Source: the human T2T-CHM13v2.0 reference genome, Homo sapiens
Assembly: GCF_009914755.1 (NCBI RefSeq)
Contig: NC_060930.1
DNA length: 64,000 nt
Reading direction: 5' to 3' (one strand)
Below the pieces are notes generated by a model. That model saw nothing but the letters and a program-made list of their open reading frames with translations, did not search any database and was not told the DNA's origin. Both the position numbers and the translations under genes were made by a program. Below are positions 43,581 to 56,118 of this stretch, piece by piece (the stretch's first letter is position 1; the number at the start of each line of letters is the position of its first letter).

Positions 43581-45977
43581 CTGAGGAAAAAACAAACAAA
43601 CAATAAGAGTTGCTTTTATAGACTTTAAGTCAGTAATTTATTTTTAAAAATCATAAAAAAATAAAGCAACTCATAGGAAATTCTCAACCTTAAAGCAAAA
43701 ACAAATAGCTACTAATGAAAAGCAATTACAATAGTAAAAACTGTTTGCAGTGTCACCAACCAGAGCTGACATATGTCTACCCTAAACTTCAAGAGAAGGA
43801 AAGTCTTAGAAATACATACATCTATTAGAGAACATTTTTCCCTCTTAATAGTTAGCTGCTTACTATATACACTATATTCTTACAGATTTGATTTTTTAAA
43901 AGAGTGGCTTATGTGCAAAGCTGCTTAACTGTTCCATTAAATACAGGCTTTAGGTCAAAGGAAGTACTGATAGCGTGCATTAGGGTAACAACTGGGAAAG
44001 GCTGAGAAATTATTGTCTCTATGAGAGCACCTTAATGATACAAAAACACTCACTCATGTGGGATGACTTTGGTAATTGGTTCAGCTAAGAAACAGATGGG
44101 TGGACTAGTTAACCTCTGGAGACCCCTATTATTCCATTACTATTTGCTCTAGATACTAACAGTGATCATTCTTTAGCTGTTACATAAGCACAACCTGAAA
44201 ACTGTATACCTTTGTCAACTTCACGTGTAATATCACTGTGATGTGGTTCCAGTTTTAAATGGTCCCTAAACTGTGCTTCATACATAAAATGTGCTAAATA
44301 AACATTTTAATATTAAAAAGTATAAATCTAACATATAATTTATAATGATAGATCAATCCTTTACCCCAACTACTACAATTGCCAACTTGTCCCAAAAAAA
44401 GCTTATGTTAGAATTAATTTTGGCTATTGAAATGTTTTTATTGTTGCTGTTTGCCTTTTTGGATAAAATACTTTAGTTAATTCATATCTCTGGAAATTGT
44501 CATACAATGCCCCTATATAAAAGTAGTCATATTTTTAAAACAGTGCAAACACTCCGTCTTAGCAATAAAATGGGTCTTTTGTGGACCTGCAGGGGCTGAG
44601 TTTTGAAATAATACCGAAATATTCTGTCATGTGCAGGAAAGTGGTTTCAGATCCACAAGATTAATGCTGCAGAGTCAACTTCCAACAATGCACAGGGAAA
44701 GTTTTGGGGGAAATACTCTCTAGAATCCTCAGCTGTAAAATAAAGGTTGTGAATGTATGGTCTCACATTTGAAATAAATAAGGGTTTAATAGCTACCTGA
44801 TGTTTAGTTATCGTTTCAAAAATATTAGAAAAATCTAAGTGAAAGCAATTCAAGCAGCGATTTGATCAGTTCCATTTGGAAAAGATGTTGCTGTCTTTCC
44901 CAACATTTAGGGTCTAAATGAAAGCCCACGAATTGTCCTCAATATCGTTTGGGCTTTCTTTTGTTCTGACAGTTTCTCCATTCTTTACATAAACTTATAA
45001 GTGCTAAGTTTCAAATATATTCAACATTCAAGTATTCTTGGCTTCTATCATTATAACCGTAGATACTACTTCTTTAACACAAATAAAATAGTCATCTGTC
45101 AGCATGGAAACCTAACCATGGACACTGTTATAACAAATTCAGTTTTTTGTGTATGAACTGAAAGCAAAAATAACATGCAAATCTCTTAGAGAGACTTGAG
45201 TACACTTTTTTATTTGGTGTGGAACTGTACCTTTTTTTTTTAATCTTGTGAGTTGGTAGGATCAAATAAACAAAAGAACATGAACTATAAAAGTGAGTCT
45301 ACAATTTTCAGCCGTTCAGAGATTCTGAACCAGACTTTCATTTCCACGAAATTGCTTTAGACGGAAATATTTAATAAAAAATAAAGTATGTAACAAAAGG
45401 AACTGGTCATAGAGGTGTCTTATATTTATGTAACACTTTGGTGTTTACAAAACACACATCTATAGCATTTACTTTTTATCACAGCCCTGTGTGGTACAAA
45501 TGATTATGCACCTTTTCTGTATTAAGAAACTGATTAGCTGAGTCAAGCGACTTGCCCAAGGACACAGAGCTGATGAGCAACTCAGTCTTCAGTCTCCTGG
45601 TTTTAAGTTTCCTTTAAGCATGCAATTTCATTTAGCCCTTTTTTACGAAGTTTAACAAAGCATGCTTAAGAAGCTTCAGGGGAGGGAAAAATAAATCCAA
45701 ATATATCCCTCACTTTCCATGAAAAGAATGTCTGACGTAACAAAAAGTATAATAGAATACCTAGAACTCAATTTAAACAAATATAGGAGAAGAAGGATTA
45801 CATTCAAGAATTTTAGTGATATTTTGAAAAATATTTCTATGTAGTTATAAGACTTTATTTGAATTTTAATTATTAAGAATCCAATAATGCTTATGAATTC
45901 ATAAGCTTAGATTTATGGTCAAGGCTTTTTTCTATCCTGGGGCCCAAGATGAATTTCAATTAAAATGTTCTATTAAA

Positions 45978-46525
45978 CTATGGAATACAGAGTTACCATG
46001 TGATCCAGCAATTTCACTCTTAGGTATACACCAAAGAGAAATGAAAACTTGTACACAAATATTCATAGATGCATTATTCATAATAGTTAAAATGTGAAAC
46101 AACCCAAATATACATCAAACTGATAAATGGATAAGCATGGATATAAAAGGTAATATACCCAAATCATGGAATGTTATTCAACAATAAAAAGAATGAAGTA
46201 TTGATGTATGATACAACATGGATGAACCTTGAAAATGTTACAGTAAGTGAAATAAGCCAGACATAAAGACCATATACCGTATGATTCCATTTATATGATA
46301 TGTCCAGAATAGACAAATCCATAGATTCAGAAAATAGATTAGTGGTTTCCAGATGACAGGGGACAGAGGAAACTGGGAGGTACAAATGTTTTGGCGGGAG
46401 GGGTGGAAATGAACTACAATTAGTTGGTGGTGATGGTTGCACAACTCTGAATACACTGAAAGCCAATGAAATGGTTGGACTTCATGCCATGAGAAATCTA
46501 TCTCAATAAAGCTGTAAAAAAAAAA
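45978..46525 (+). mobile_element. L1MB-like 3' end
   Basis: gagttaccatgtgatccagcaatt...acaacatggatgaaccttgaaaa...tatctcaataaagctgtaaaaaaa. Confidence 0.8.
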
Positions 46526-47416
46526 TGGAATGTAAAATTCTACCTGTCCTATAATGACCACCCCAACCAACTCTCAACTCACAATTCCCACATAACTTTA
46601 TTTTTCTAATTGCACATATCCCTTTGTAGCTTGCATTAAAATTGTTAGTGTGCAGGTAGTCCAGTTAGACTGAAAGCTCCTAAAGACAAGGAATCATGCC
46701 TTGCTCATCTTTGTTCCCTGAACTGACGGTTTCTTAATTCACTGAACACTCACTATGAGTGAGCTCAAGAGCTGGGAATAAGGACCCCTGCCCTTGAAGG
46801 TCTAATCACGTTGCTGGAGACAGACAGTCGACAAATACAGTCAGCCAGTAAACTCTTCCTGCATTATGCTAACAGCATAAACATGCAGGGGGTGGGAGCA
46901 GGGTCACAAAAGTGAGTGTTGTCAATTCTACTTGGAATGAAAGGTTGAAATAATTTAAACAGTACGGGAAATGCAGAGCAATTTTCTCCTCTGGTGACAA
47001 TATAGTGTCCAACACTTGGAAGTGATTTTTAAGAATGTTTATTTAAATTAAAAGGATGGATTTCCAAGGAAAAAAAATAAGGAAAAGGAAAGAAAAAACT
47101 GAACAGAAAACGCAAAAGTATCAGTTTGGTCACTAACCTTTGCAAGGATACCTTTTTATTTTCTTTAAGATTCCTGTTGTTTATACACAGATTTTAAGTT
47201 TACTCCTACTGCTGACCCAAGTGAAATTCCTTCTCCAGTCACAGTGTCAACCTCTACCCCCCAACTGCAACGAGAGTTTTGAGGGGCATCAATCACACCG
47301 AGAAGTCACAGCCCCTCAACCACTGAGGTGTGGGGGGGTAGGGATCTGCATTTCTTCATATCAACCCCACACTATAGGGCACCTAAATGGGTGGGCGGTG
47401 GGGGAGACCGACTCAC

Positions 47417-47709
47417 TTGAGTTTCTTGAAGGCTTCCTGGCCTCCAGCCACGTAATTGCCCCCGCTCTGGATCTGGTCTAGCTTCCGGATTCGGTGGCCA
47501 GTCCGCGGGGTGTAGATGTTCCTGACGGCCCCAAAGGGTGCCTGAACGCCGCCGGTCACCTCCTTCAGGAAGACTTCGAAGCTGGACACCTTCTTCTCAT
47601 GGATGACGACGCGGCGCCCCGCGTAGAAGGGGTCCCCGTTGCGGTACACAAGCACGCTCTTCACGACGGGCTGAGACAGGTGGCTGGACCTGGCGCTGCT
47701 GCCGCTCAT
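47417..47709 (-). CDS. DCDC2: DCDC2 first coding exon (293 nt; N-terminus and first doublecortin domain)
   Basis: Translates as MSGSSARSSHLSQPVVKSVLVYRNGDPFYAGRRVVIHEKKVSSFEVFLKEVTGGVQAPFGAVRNIYTPRTGHRIRKLDQIQSGGNYVAGGQEAFKKL, with the DCX motifs YRNGD and VRNIYT. ATG at 47709 has A at -3. Donor is AA|GTGAGT (47416-47411). Confidence 0.98.
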
Positions 47710-47853
47710 CTTCCCCGCTGGCCGCCGCCTCAGCTCGCTGCTTCGCGTCGGGAGGCACCTCCGCTGTCCCAGCGGCCTCACCGCACCCAGGGCGCGGGAT
47801 CGCCTCCTGAAACGAACGAGAAACTGACGAATCCACAGGTGAAAGAGAAGTAA
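47599..47853 (+). CDS. KAAG1: KAAG1 / RU2AS antisense ORF, 84 aa (kidney-associated antigen 1)
   Basis: MDDDAAPRVEGVPVAVHKHALHDGLRQVAGPGAAAAHLPRWPPPQL...QVKEK*. Contains LPRWPPPQL, the known HLA-B7 RU2AS epitope, and lies antisense to the first DCDC2 coding exon. Confidence 0.93.
   Translation: MDDDAAPRVEGVPVAVHKHALHDGLRQVAGPGAAAAHLPRWPPPQLAASRREAPPLSQRPHRTQGAGSPPETNEKLTNPQVKEK
47807..47850 (-). other. Splice acceptor inside the DCDC2 5' UTR (97 nt before the ATG)
   Basis: Minus strand reads cttctctttcacctgtggattcgtcagtttctcgttcgtttCAG|GAGGCG, a pyrimidine tract plus CAG. Consistent with a DCDC2 isoform that has a distal non-coding first exon. Confidence 0.7.
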
Positions 47854-48087
47854 CGGCCGTGCGCCTAGGCGTCCACCCAGAGGAGACACTAGGAGCTTGC
47901 AGGACTCGGAGTAGACGCTCAAGTTTTTCACCGTGGCGTGCACAGCCAATCAGGACCCGCAGTGCGCGCACCACACCAGGTTCACCTGCTACGGGCAGAA
48001 TCAAGGTGGACAGCTTCTGAGCAGGAGCCGGAAACGCGCGGGGCCTTCAAACAGGCACGCCTAGTGAGGGCAGGAGAGAGGAGGACG

Positions 48088-48107
48088 CACACACACACAC
48101 ACACACA
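48088..48107. repeat. (CA)10 microsatellite at the edge of the promoter island
   Basis: Direct reading. Confidence 0.9.
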
Positions 48108-48221
48108 AATATGGTGAAACCCAATTTCTTACATCATATCTGTGCTACCCTTTCCAAACAGCCTAATTTTTCTTTTCTCTCTTCTTGCACCTTTACCCCT
48201 CAATCTCCTGCTTCCTCCCAA

Positions 48222-48227
48222 ATTAAA
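48222..48227 (+). terminator. Candidate polyadenylation signal (ATTAAA) for KAAG1
   Basis: ATTAAA ~370 nt after the KAAG1 stop, followed by GT/T-rich sequence (gtagttgcccaggtttttcttt). Confidence 0.55.
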
Positions 48228-48287
48228 GCAATTAAGTTCCTGGATGTAGTTGCCCAGGTTTTTCTTTGCTGGAAGATAAATGTGCAA

Positions 48288-49566
<1,279 letters not shown>

Positions 49567-49584
49567 AGAGAGAGAAAGAGAGAA

Positions 49585-49700
49585 TCCGGGTACCGTGACT
49601 CATGCCTGTAACCCCAGCACTTTGGGAAACTGAGGCAGGAGGCTCACTTGAGCCCGGGAGTTTGAGACCAACCTGAGCAGCACAGCAAGACCCCATCCCG
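49585..49700 (+). mobile_element. Alu left monomer (FLAM-like)
   Basis: ctcatgcctgtaaccccagcactttggga...gagtttgagacc. Confidence 0.82.
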
Positions 49701-49764
49701 GAAGGAGGGAGGGAAGGAAGGAAGGGAAAAATAACATTTAAGTGAATGAATGAATGAATGAGAA

Positions 49765-50220
49765 ACAGCGAAGACTCGCGTGTCTAGGACCCCTAACCCC
49801 CTCCCCGATGATCAGCGCCGCCTGGCGGCGAAGCTCGGGTGCGCATCACGTGAAGACAGCAGGCAGCGCGCAAGCGGGGCCCTGGTTAGGGAGGCGGGCC
49901 CAGGAGGTGCCCTCCGCCGTAGTACCTACCGACACTCGCGTGCTGGAGAGGGGAGGGGAGCTCGGGCGACGGCCGCGCGGGGGCGGGGCGGTGCGGCTCG
50001 GGTGGCACAGTGGTGAACTCTGCGGCGGCTGCGCGCCGCTCACGCTGTTCCTCCAGCTGCTGTTACCTCTGCGGGCCTCTCTCACCCAAGGGGAACGGAG
50101 TTGTTATTTCCCGCTGTTTCCATAGCAACCGCAGCCTCGCGCGGGGAGCGAGTCAGTGAACCAGGCCTGGCTTGCGCCTGGCTCCTTGGGATATGCTGGC
50201 TGCGTGGGGCAGAGGCGGAA
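49765..50220. promoter_or_regulatory. Second (upstream) CpG island / regulatory element
   Basis: CpG-dense. GC box GGGGGCGGGGCGG at 49979-49991, palindromic E-box TCACGTGA at 49846-49853, CTCF-like CCGCCAGGCGGCGCT (minus strand) at 49814-49828. Confidence 0.8.
50116..50129. promoter_or_regulatory. RFX X-box
   Basis: GTTTCCATAGCAAC matches the imperfectly palindromic X-box typical of ciliary genes, and DCDC2 is a ciliary gene. Confidence 0.8.
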
Positions 50221-51131
50221 GAACAGGGGTTTGGAGGAAGAGGGAGAAACAGGTGACATGATCATGCGCTCATTCATCATGCGCTCATTCAGTAAATGGA
50301 CGCCTGCTGTGTGCAAGGCCCTGTGCTAGTTGGGGCCACGGCGGTGAAAAGGAAAACCTACAAAATTTTGAGTGCCTACCCTGTGCCAAGCTTTACGCCA
50401 GGGAAAGGATTTTTTCACTGCCGCAAGAAGGCTAAATGTCTGACTGGCTGTCCAAGAGCCCACATCTGTGCTATTTGTGTAGATTGTTAGCTCTGTCTGA
50501 GGAATAACAGGGAGAGGAGTTGTGAGAATAGTAACAGCCCCAGTAAAGAGTCGCTTTGTCCAGTCCAGTCTGGGACATACATATTGTGGCACCAGGAAAA
50601 TGTTTAAAGAGTTGAAATTTTGCAGCTCATCTCTGCCAGTGTTTCCTTCATTCCTCCTAAGACTTTTCTACCATGTGTCATGTCCAAATTACTGGGTGTT
50701 CCTAACTCATCATGTACGAATAAAAAGAAGAACTGCCATTAATTGAACACTATAACCATGGACCAGGCATTATGTAAGGCACTTTATGTAGATTATCTAA
50801 TATTCACAATAACCTTCAGAGGTAAATATTATTCTTTCCTCAGATGAGGAAACTGAAGGGTAGAGAAATCAAAGACATTTACCTCAGGTCACACACACAG
50901 GAATTCAAACCCATTCTAAGGATTAGAAAAGGAAAGAGAGAGAGAGAGTTCAAACCCAGTTCTGTCTTATTCCACAAGCTCCATAACCAGTCATACCACT
51001 GTGAAAGATGAATGTGTGGGACATTGCAATCTGGAGAGAAACTTTTTTTTTCCTTCGAGATTTCTGTTCTGAAGAAATATTTTTATTAAAGCCATGTAAT
51101 ACATTAATGCTTTGAAAGTTAACAGTTTTCA

Positions 51132-51413
51132 AACGCAGGAACAAAAAACCAAATACCCGCATGTTCTCACATATAAGTAGGAGTTAAATGAGGAGAACTC
51201 ACGGACACAAAGAAGGGAACAACAGATACTGGGGCCTACTTGAGGGTGGAGCGTGGGAGGAGGGAGAGGAGCAGAAAAAATAACTGTTGAGTATCAGGCT
51301 TAGTACCTGGGTGATGAAATAATCTGTACAACAAACCTCCGTGACACGAGTTACCTATATAACAAATCTGCACATGTACCCCTGAACCTAAAATGAAAGT
51401 TAAAAAAAAAAAA
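51132..51413 (+). mobile_element. Short older L1PA 3' end
   Basis: gcatgttctcac...ctgcacatgtacccctgaacctaaaa plus A tail. TSD-like aaagttaaca..tttcaaa on both sides. Confidence 0.85.
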
Positions 51414-51870
51414 AGTTAACAAATTTCAAAAGAAGGCCAAAGAGAACAATACAGGGAGGAAATAGACAAGGGAAATTTTGTGAGCTGCTTGTGGAGAATG
51501 CACAGGTTGAGGGATGGATGGGGAAAATACCTGTGAAAATGTGCTACCACATAGGTGAGTAAGACAGAATACTTGTTATGTGGAAATGGAAGGCAATCAA
51601 TTAAGTAGCCCCCTCCCCAAACAACCTAAAATTCCCTATCATCTATATTAGCCCAGTGTAAAATGAAAATGTGGCCTCTTATTCAAAAATTAAGAATTTT
51701 ATGTTAGCAACAGCAGAGCATTAAACCAATCATGGGGTCCTTCTTGATGTGGGGACCCTGACGCCAGCCCATGAAGCTGCCCGCATCAAGTCTATGCCTC
51801 CCACTGCGGTATCTCCAGCCCGGATGTGTCTCCTGAGCTTAGATTCATTTATCCAGATGTCTCTTGGATA

Positions 51871-52650
51871 TGATGTGGTGATAAGTGTTTAACTGCTGGC
51901 TTTTAGGAGGGAAGAGAAGGCCTTAATTCATAGCATTTGCCAATCTCTGTAGTTTACTCCAAATATGGCCAATTTCCAGATGCCAGTCTAACATCACTGA
52001 AGCCATGAAATGTGCAGTAGCAAGTCATTGTATGGTATTTCCACCATGCAGGCACAGCAGACTTGTGTAACTTTAAGAGCACAGATAGTAGTAAAATGTA
52101 GATGGAGATGAGTTTTGAGTATTTATTATCTTTGTTTTCAATGTAATTTATTTAATTGTATATTTATACAATTATTTTTTATTTAATTGCATATTTATAC
52201 AATTTTTATTTAATTGTATATTTATACAATTATTTTTTATTTAATTGTATGTTTATACAATTATTTTTTATTTAATTGTATGTTGATACAATTATTTTTT
52301 ATTTAATTGTATGTTGATACAATTATTTTTTATTTAATTGTATATTGATACAATTATTTTTTATTTAATTGTATATTTATACAATTATTTTTTATTTAAT
52401 TGTATATTTATACAATTATTTTTTATTTAATTGTATATTTATACAATTATTTTTTATTTAATTGTATATTTATACAATTTTTTTATTTAATTGTATATTT
52501 ATACAATTATTTTTTATTTAATTGTATATTTATACAATTATTTTTTATTTAATCGTATATTTATAAAATTACTTTTTAACAATGCCCATGTTTACAATTC
52601 CTGAGAATTTAACAGTTGCCTCACACGCCAGAACAAGGCAGTTCCAGGCA
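51871..52650 (-). mobile_element. MER63-like hAT-Blackjack element hosting a minisatellite
   Basis: tagcatttgccaat...tatggtatttccaccat...gatgagttttgagtatttatta...aattcctgagaatttaaca resembles the MER63 reverse complement. Confidence 0.65.
52150..52577. repeat. 31-bp AT-rich minisatellite, 14 copies
   Basis: Unit atttaattgtatatttatacaattatttttt, with starts at 52150, 52181, 52208, 52239 ... 52547. Two units are shortened. Confidence 0.95.
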
Positions 52651-53127
52651 CACAATTCTCCTGACAGCTTCTCTAGACCATCTAAAAGGCAGCCTAGACT
52701 CGAAACGTTCACGGGATCTCAAGTTTTCCTCAAAATCACTTTTCCTATGTTTCCTGTCTCCACAAATGGACCCTCATCTACTCATTTGCTCAAAGCTAGA
52801 ACATATACATTTCTCTTCTTCACAGAACACATTTAACTGTGGCAGAGGAACAACAAAAACAGTCAGATATTTGCAATCTCTCTCCCTGCTCCAGATGCTT
52901 GCTGAATTGGTTTTGGAGCTCTTCTCTCTTGTGCAAAGTCCGAACACTGAGCAAAGTGAGAAGGCTTTAAGAAGCCAGAAAGGTTAGATAAACCCTGATC
53001 ACGAAGAGCTGAGGTAGAATGAGGAGCGGAATGCTAAGGAATGAGGAGCTTCACATGGATGCAAGGGAATGTTTGAGAACACACATAGGAAAGGAGGGGA
53101 GAGTTTTTGTATTTTAGCTTCTTCCTA

Positions 53128-53520
<393 letters not shown>

Positions 53521-53669
53521 TAATAATACCAACAAGGCATTTGCTGTTTCCTCAAGAGCCTAGATCTCTGAAATGCTTTCAATTATATATTTCTGCTTAA
53601 GCAATATTTATTTTGATGTAATACTGTGCTAAAACCAGACCACATTGCACCCTAGGTTTATAAGGGCTC

Positions 53670-54645
53670 TTCAACTAATCACCAAGTTCTATCAATTCTA
53701 TCTCTCAAATATTTTTTAAATCCATCCACTTATCTCCAAACCCATTTCCACATTTTGAATTCAAGGCATCATCATCCCCTAAGAGGTAACCCTGTCTCCA
53801 GTTTGCTTCCCTATTATCCATTCTCCACAGAACAGTCATCCTGAAAGGTCGCTGAAAACACAGATCTATCCATTTCACTTTCCAGCTTAAAATTCTTCAA
53901 ATCCTTATCATTTCTCTTACAGTGAAATCCAATATCATCAACTTTGATGACAAAGCCATAAATATACTACTCTTGTTGCTTTAGTTTCCATCTCTTCTCA
54001 CGCAAATCTTCCTATGGCTCTCCAAAGTGAAGACTTGTACCATCGCTTCCTTTAAAATCCCTTTGGATGTACTTTACAGCCCCTTATCCCCCCATTCCTA
54101 TTTATTTGGCTCCTTCCAACTCCCTCTATAGATCAAGTTCCAACTTAAATGTCAGTTCCCCAGGAAATCTTCTCTACCCCACTCCCCAGATCAGGATAAA
54201 CCCCCAACATATTACATATTTTTTCTCTATAGGTTTTATCAATTATAAGTATAAATTTTTAAATGTTTATTTATTTTTAAAAGATGGGATCTCACTATGT
54301 TGCCCAGGCTGGAGAGCAGTGGTTACTCAAAGGCATGAGCATAACATACTGCAGCCTTGACCTCATAGGCTCAGGTGATCCTCCCACCTCAGCCTCCCAA
54401 GTAGGTAGGACTACAGGTACAAGTCACCATGCCTGGCTACGTAATTACAAATCTTCATATAATTATATGTTTAATTGTAAAGCTTTATATAATTACATGT
54501 TTAATCTTTGTAGAGTTAAATGTTTATATGTATAAATTCCCTAAGGAAAAGGATTGTGTTCATTTTATTCATCAATGTCTTACTAGTACCTAGCACAGAG
54601 GCTGGAACATAGTAAGTATTAAATAATTATTTCATGAATGCATAA
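53670..54645 (+). mobile_element. L2 3' fragment interrupted by a FAM
   Basis: atcaccaagttctatcaattcta...cctagcacagaggctggaacatagtaagtattaaataa. Confidence 0.6.
54268..54438 (-). mobile_element. FAM-like fossil Alu monomer
   Basis: tctcactatgttgcccaggctgg..gcagtggttactcaaaggc retains the 7SL-like segment absent from dimeric Alus. Confidence 0.75.
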
Positions 54646-55292
54646 ACAAAAGGAAAATATATTAAGTTTAAAAATTAACCTAAAACTTCAAAAATTGGAA
54701 AATGCTCCTGTAGAAGGAAACATATTTTCAGATCAGCAAAAAAAAAAAAAGTACAGTCCTTGACAACCGAAGAGATTCTAAGACTAATTGCTTAGCTTCC
54801 ACAGAAAATGCACAGCCACGTGCAGAGGTGTGCACCTACACAGGAAACCAAGCTCTCTTAGCCAGTATTGAGTTTTAATATCCTTTCAAGGCAACAGAGA
54901 TATGTATTAAATGTGAGACATATTCTGCTAGTTTTTCCTTAAAAAGTGTCACCTTTACAATTGGTTTTCACATCTTAGCCTCAAAAAGAACAGGAACTTG
55001 AGGGCCTTGAGACTGTTTCTTGGACCTACACATGGGTAACGGTGACTCTCTGACAAGCCTCTTGTCAGGTGAATTCAATTAGTTCTGGTAATGGCTAACC
55101 TCTCCTTCAAATCCACGTGCTAGGTGGCCTACCCCAGTTGGCTATATTAACTGGCTAACTCATTGGCCAATATTGACTATAAGGGGTATCATCCTTAACT
55201 CCTATCCAGAACCAAATCCTGTAGCTTCCATTTGCCTAACATACCTTAATCCTTCCTCTACTGCTCATCCTCATTGCCTCACCTAGGTTTAG

Positions 55293-55592
<300 letters not shown>

Positions 55593-55649
55593 TAAAAATG
55601 CTTGTTCCATACATTGCCATGTAACTAAGGAGTTAAGAACAATAAAAAG

Positions 55650-55757
55650 GCTTGCTTTAGCAGCACATATACTAAAACTGGAATGATACAGATAAGATTA
55701 GCATAAGTTCCTGTGTAAGGATGACATGCAAATAAATGAAGCATTCCAAATTTTTTT
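55650..55757 (+). pseudogene. U6 snRNA retropseudogene
   Basis: Near full-length diverged U6 (gcttgctttagcagcacatatactaaaactggaatgatacagataagattagc...ttccaaattttttt) with A-rich tail and 15-bp TSD aagaa(c/t)aataaaaag (55635-55649 / 55776-55790). The ACAGAGA box is mutated to ACAGATA. Confidence 0.93.
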
Positions 55758-55797
55758 CCAAAAGAAAAAAAAGAAAAGAATAATAAAAAGTAATAGA

Positions 55798-56118
<321 letters not shown>

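Larger units (their letters stand above)
47395..48090. promoter_or_regulatory. CpG island / proximal DCDC2 promoter
   Basis: High GC and CpG density over the first coding exon and 5' UTR. NF-Y-type AGCCAATCAG at 47944-47953. Confidence 0.85.

Noticed and set aside
47413-47949. 178-aa ORF as the full DCDC2 N-terminus
   Set aside because: It starts at a non-AUG codon chosen by the ORF caller and runs past the splice donor. The supported CDS is 47417-47709.
47597-48004. 135-aa alternative-frame ORF on the minus strand
   Set aside because: No AUG start and no recognisable homology. Expected by chance in GC-rich sequence.
49754-50316. Several ORFs over the upstream CpG island
   Set aside because: Low-complexity Arg/Gly/Ala peptides typical of GC-rich DNA, with no domain or splice support.
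52150-52577. Palindromic ~31-bp repeats resembling a CRISPR array
   Set aside because: Units are head-to-tail with no unique spacers, there are no cas genes, and the context is primate genomic DNA.
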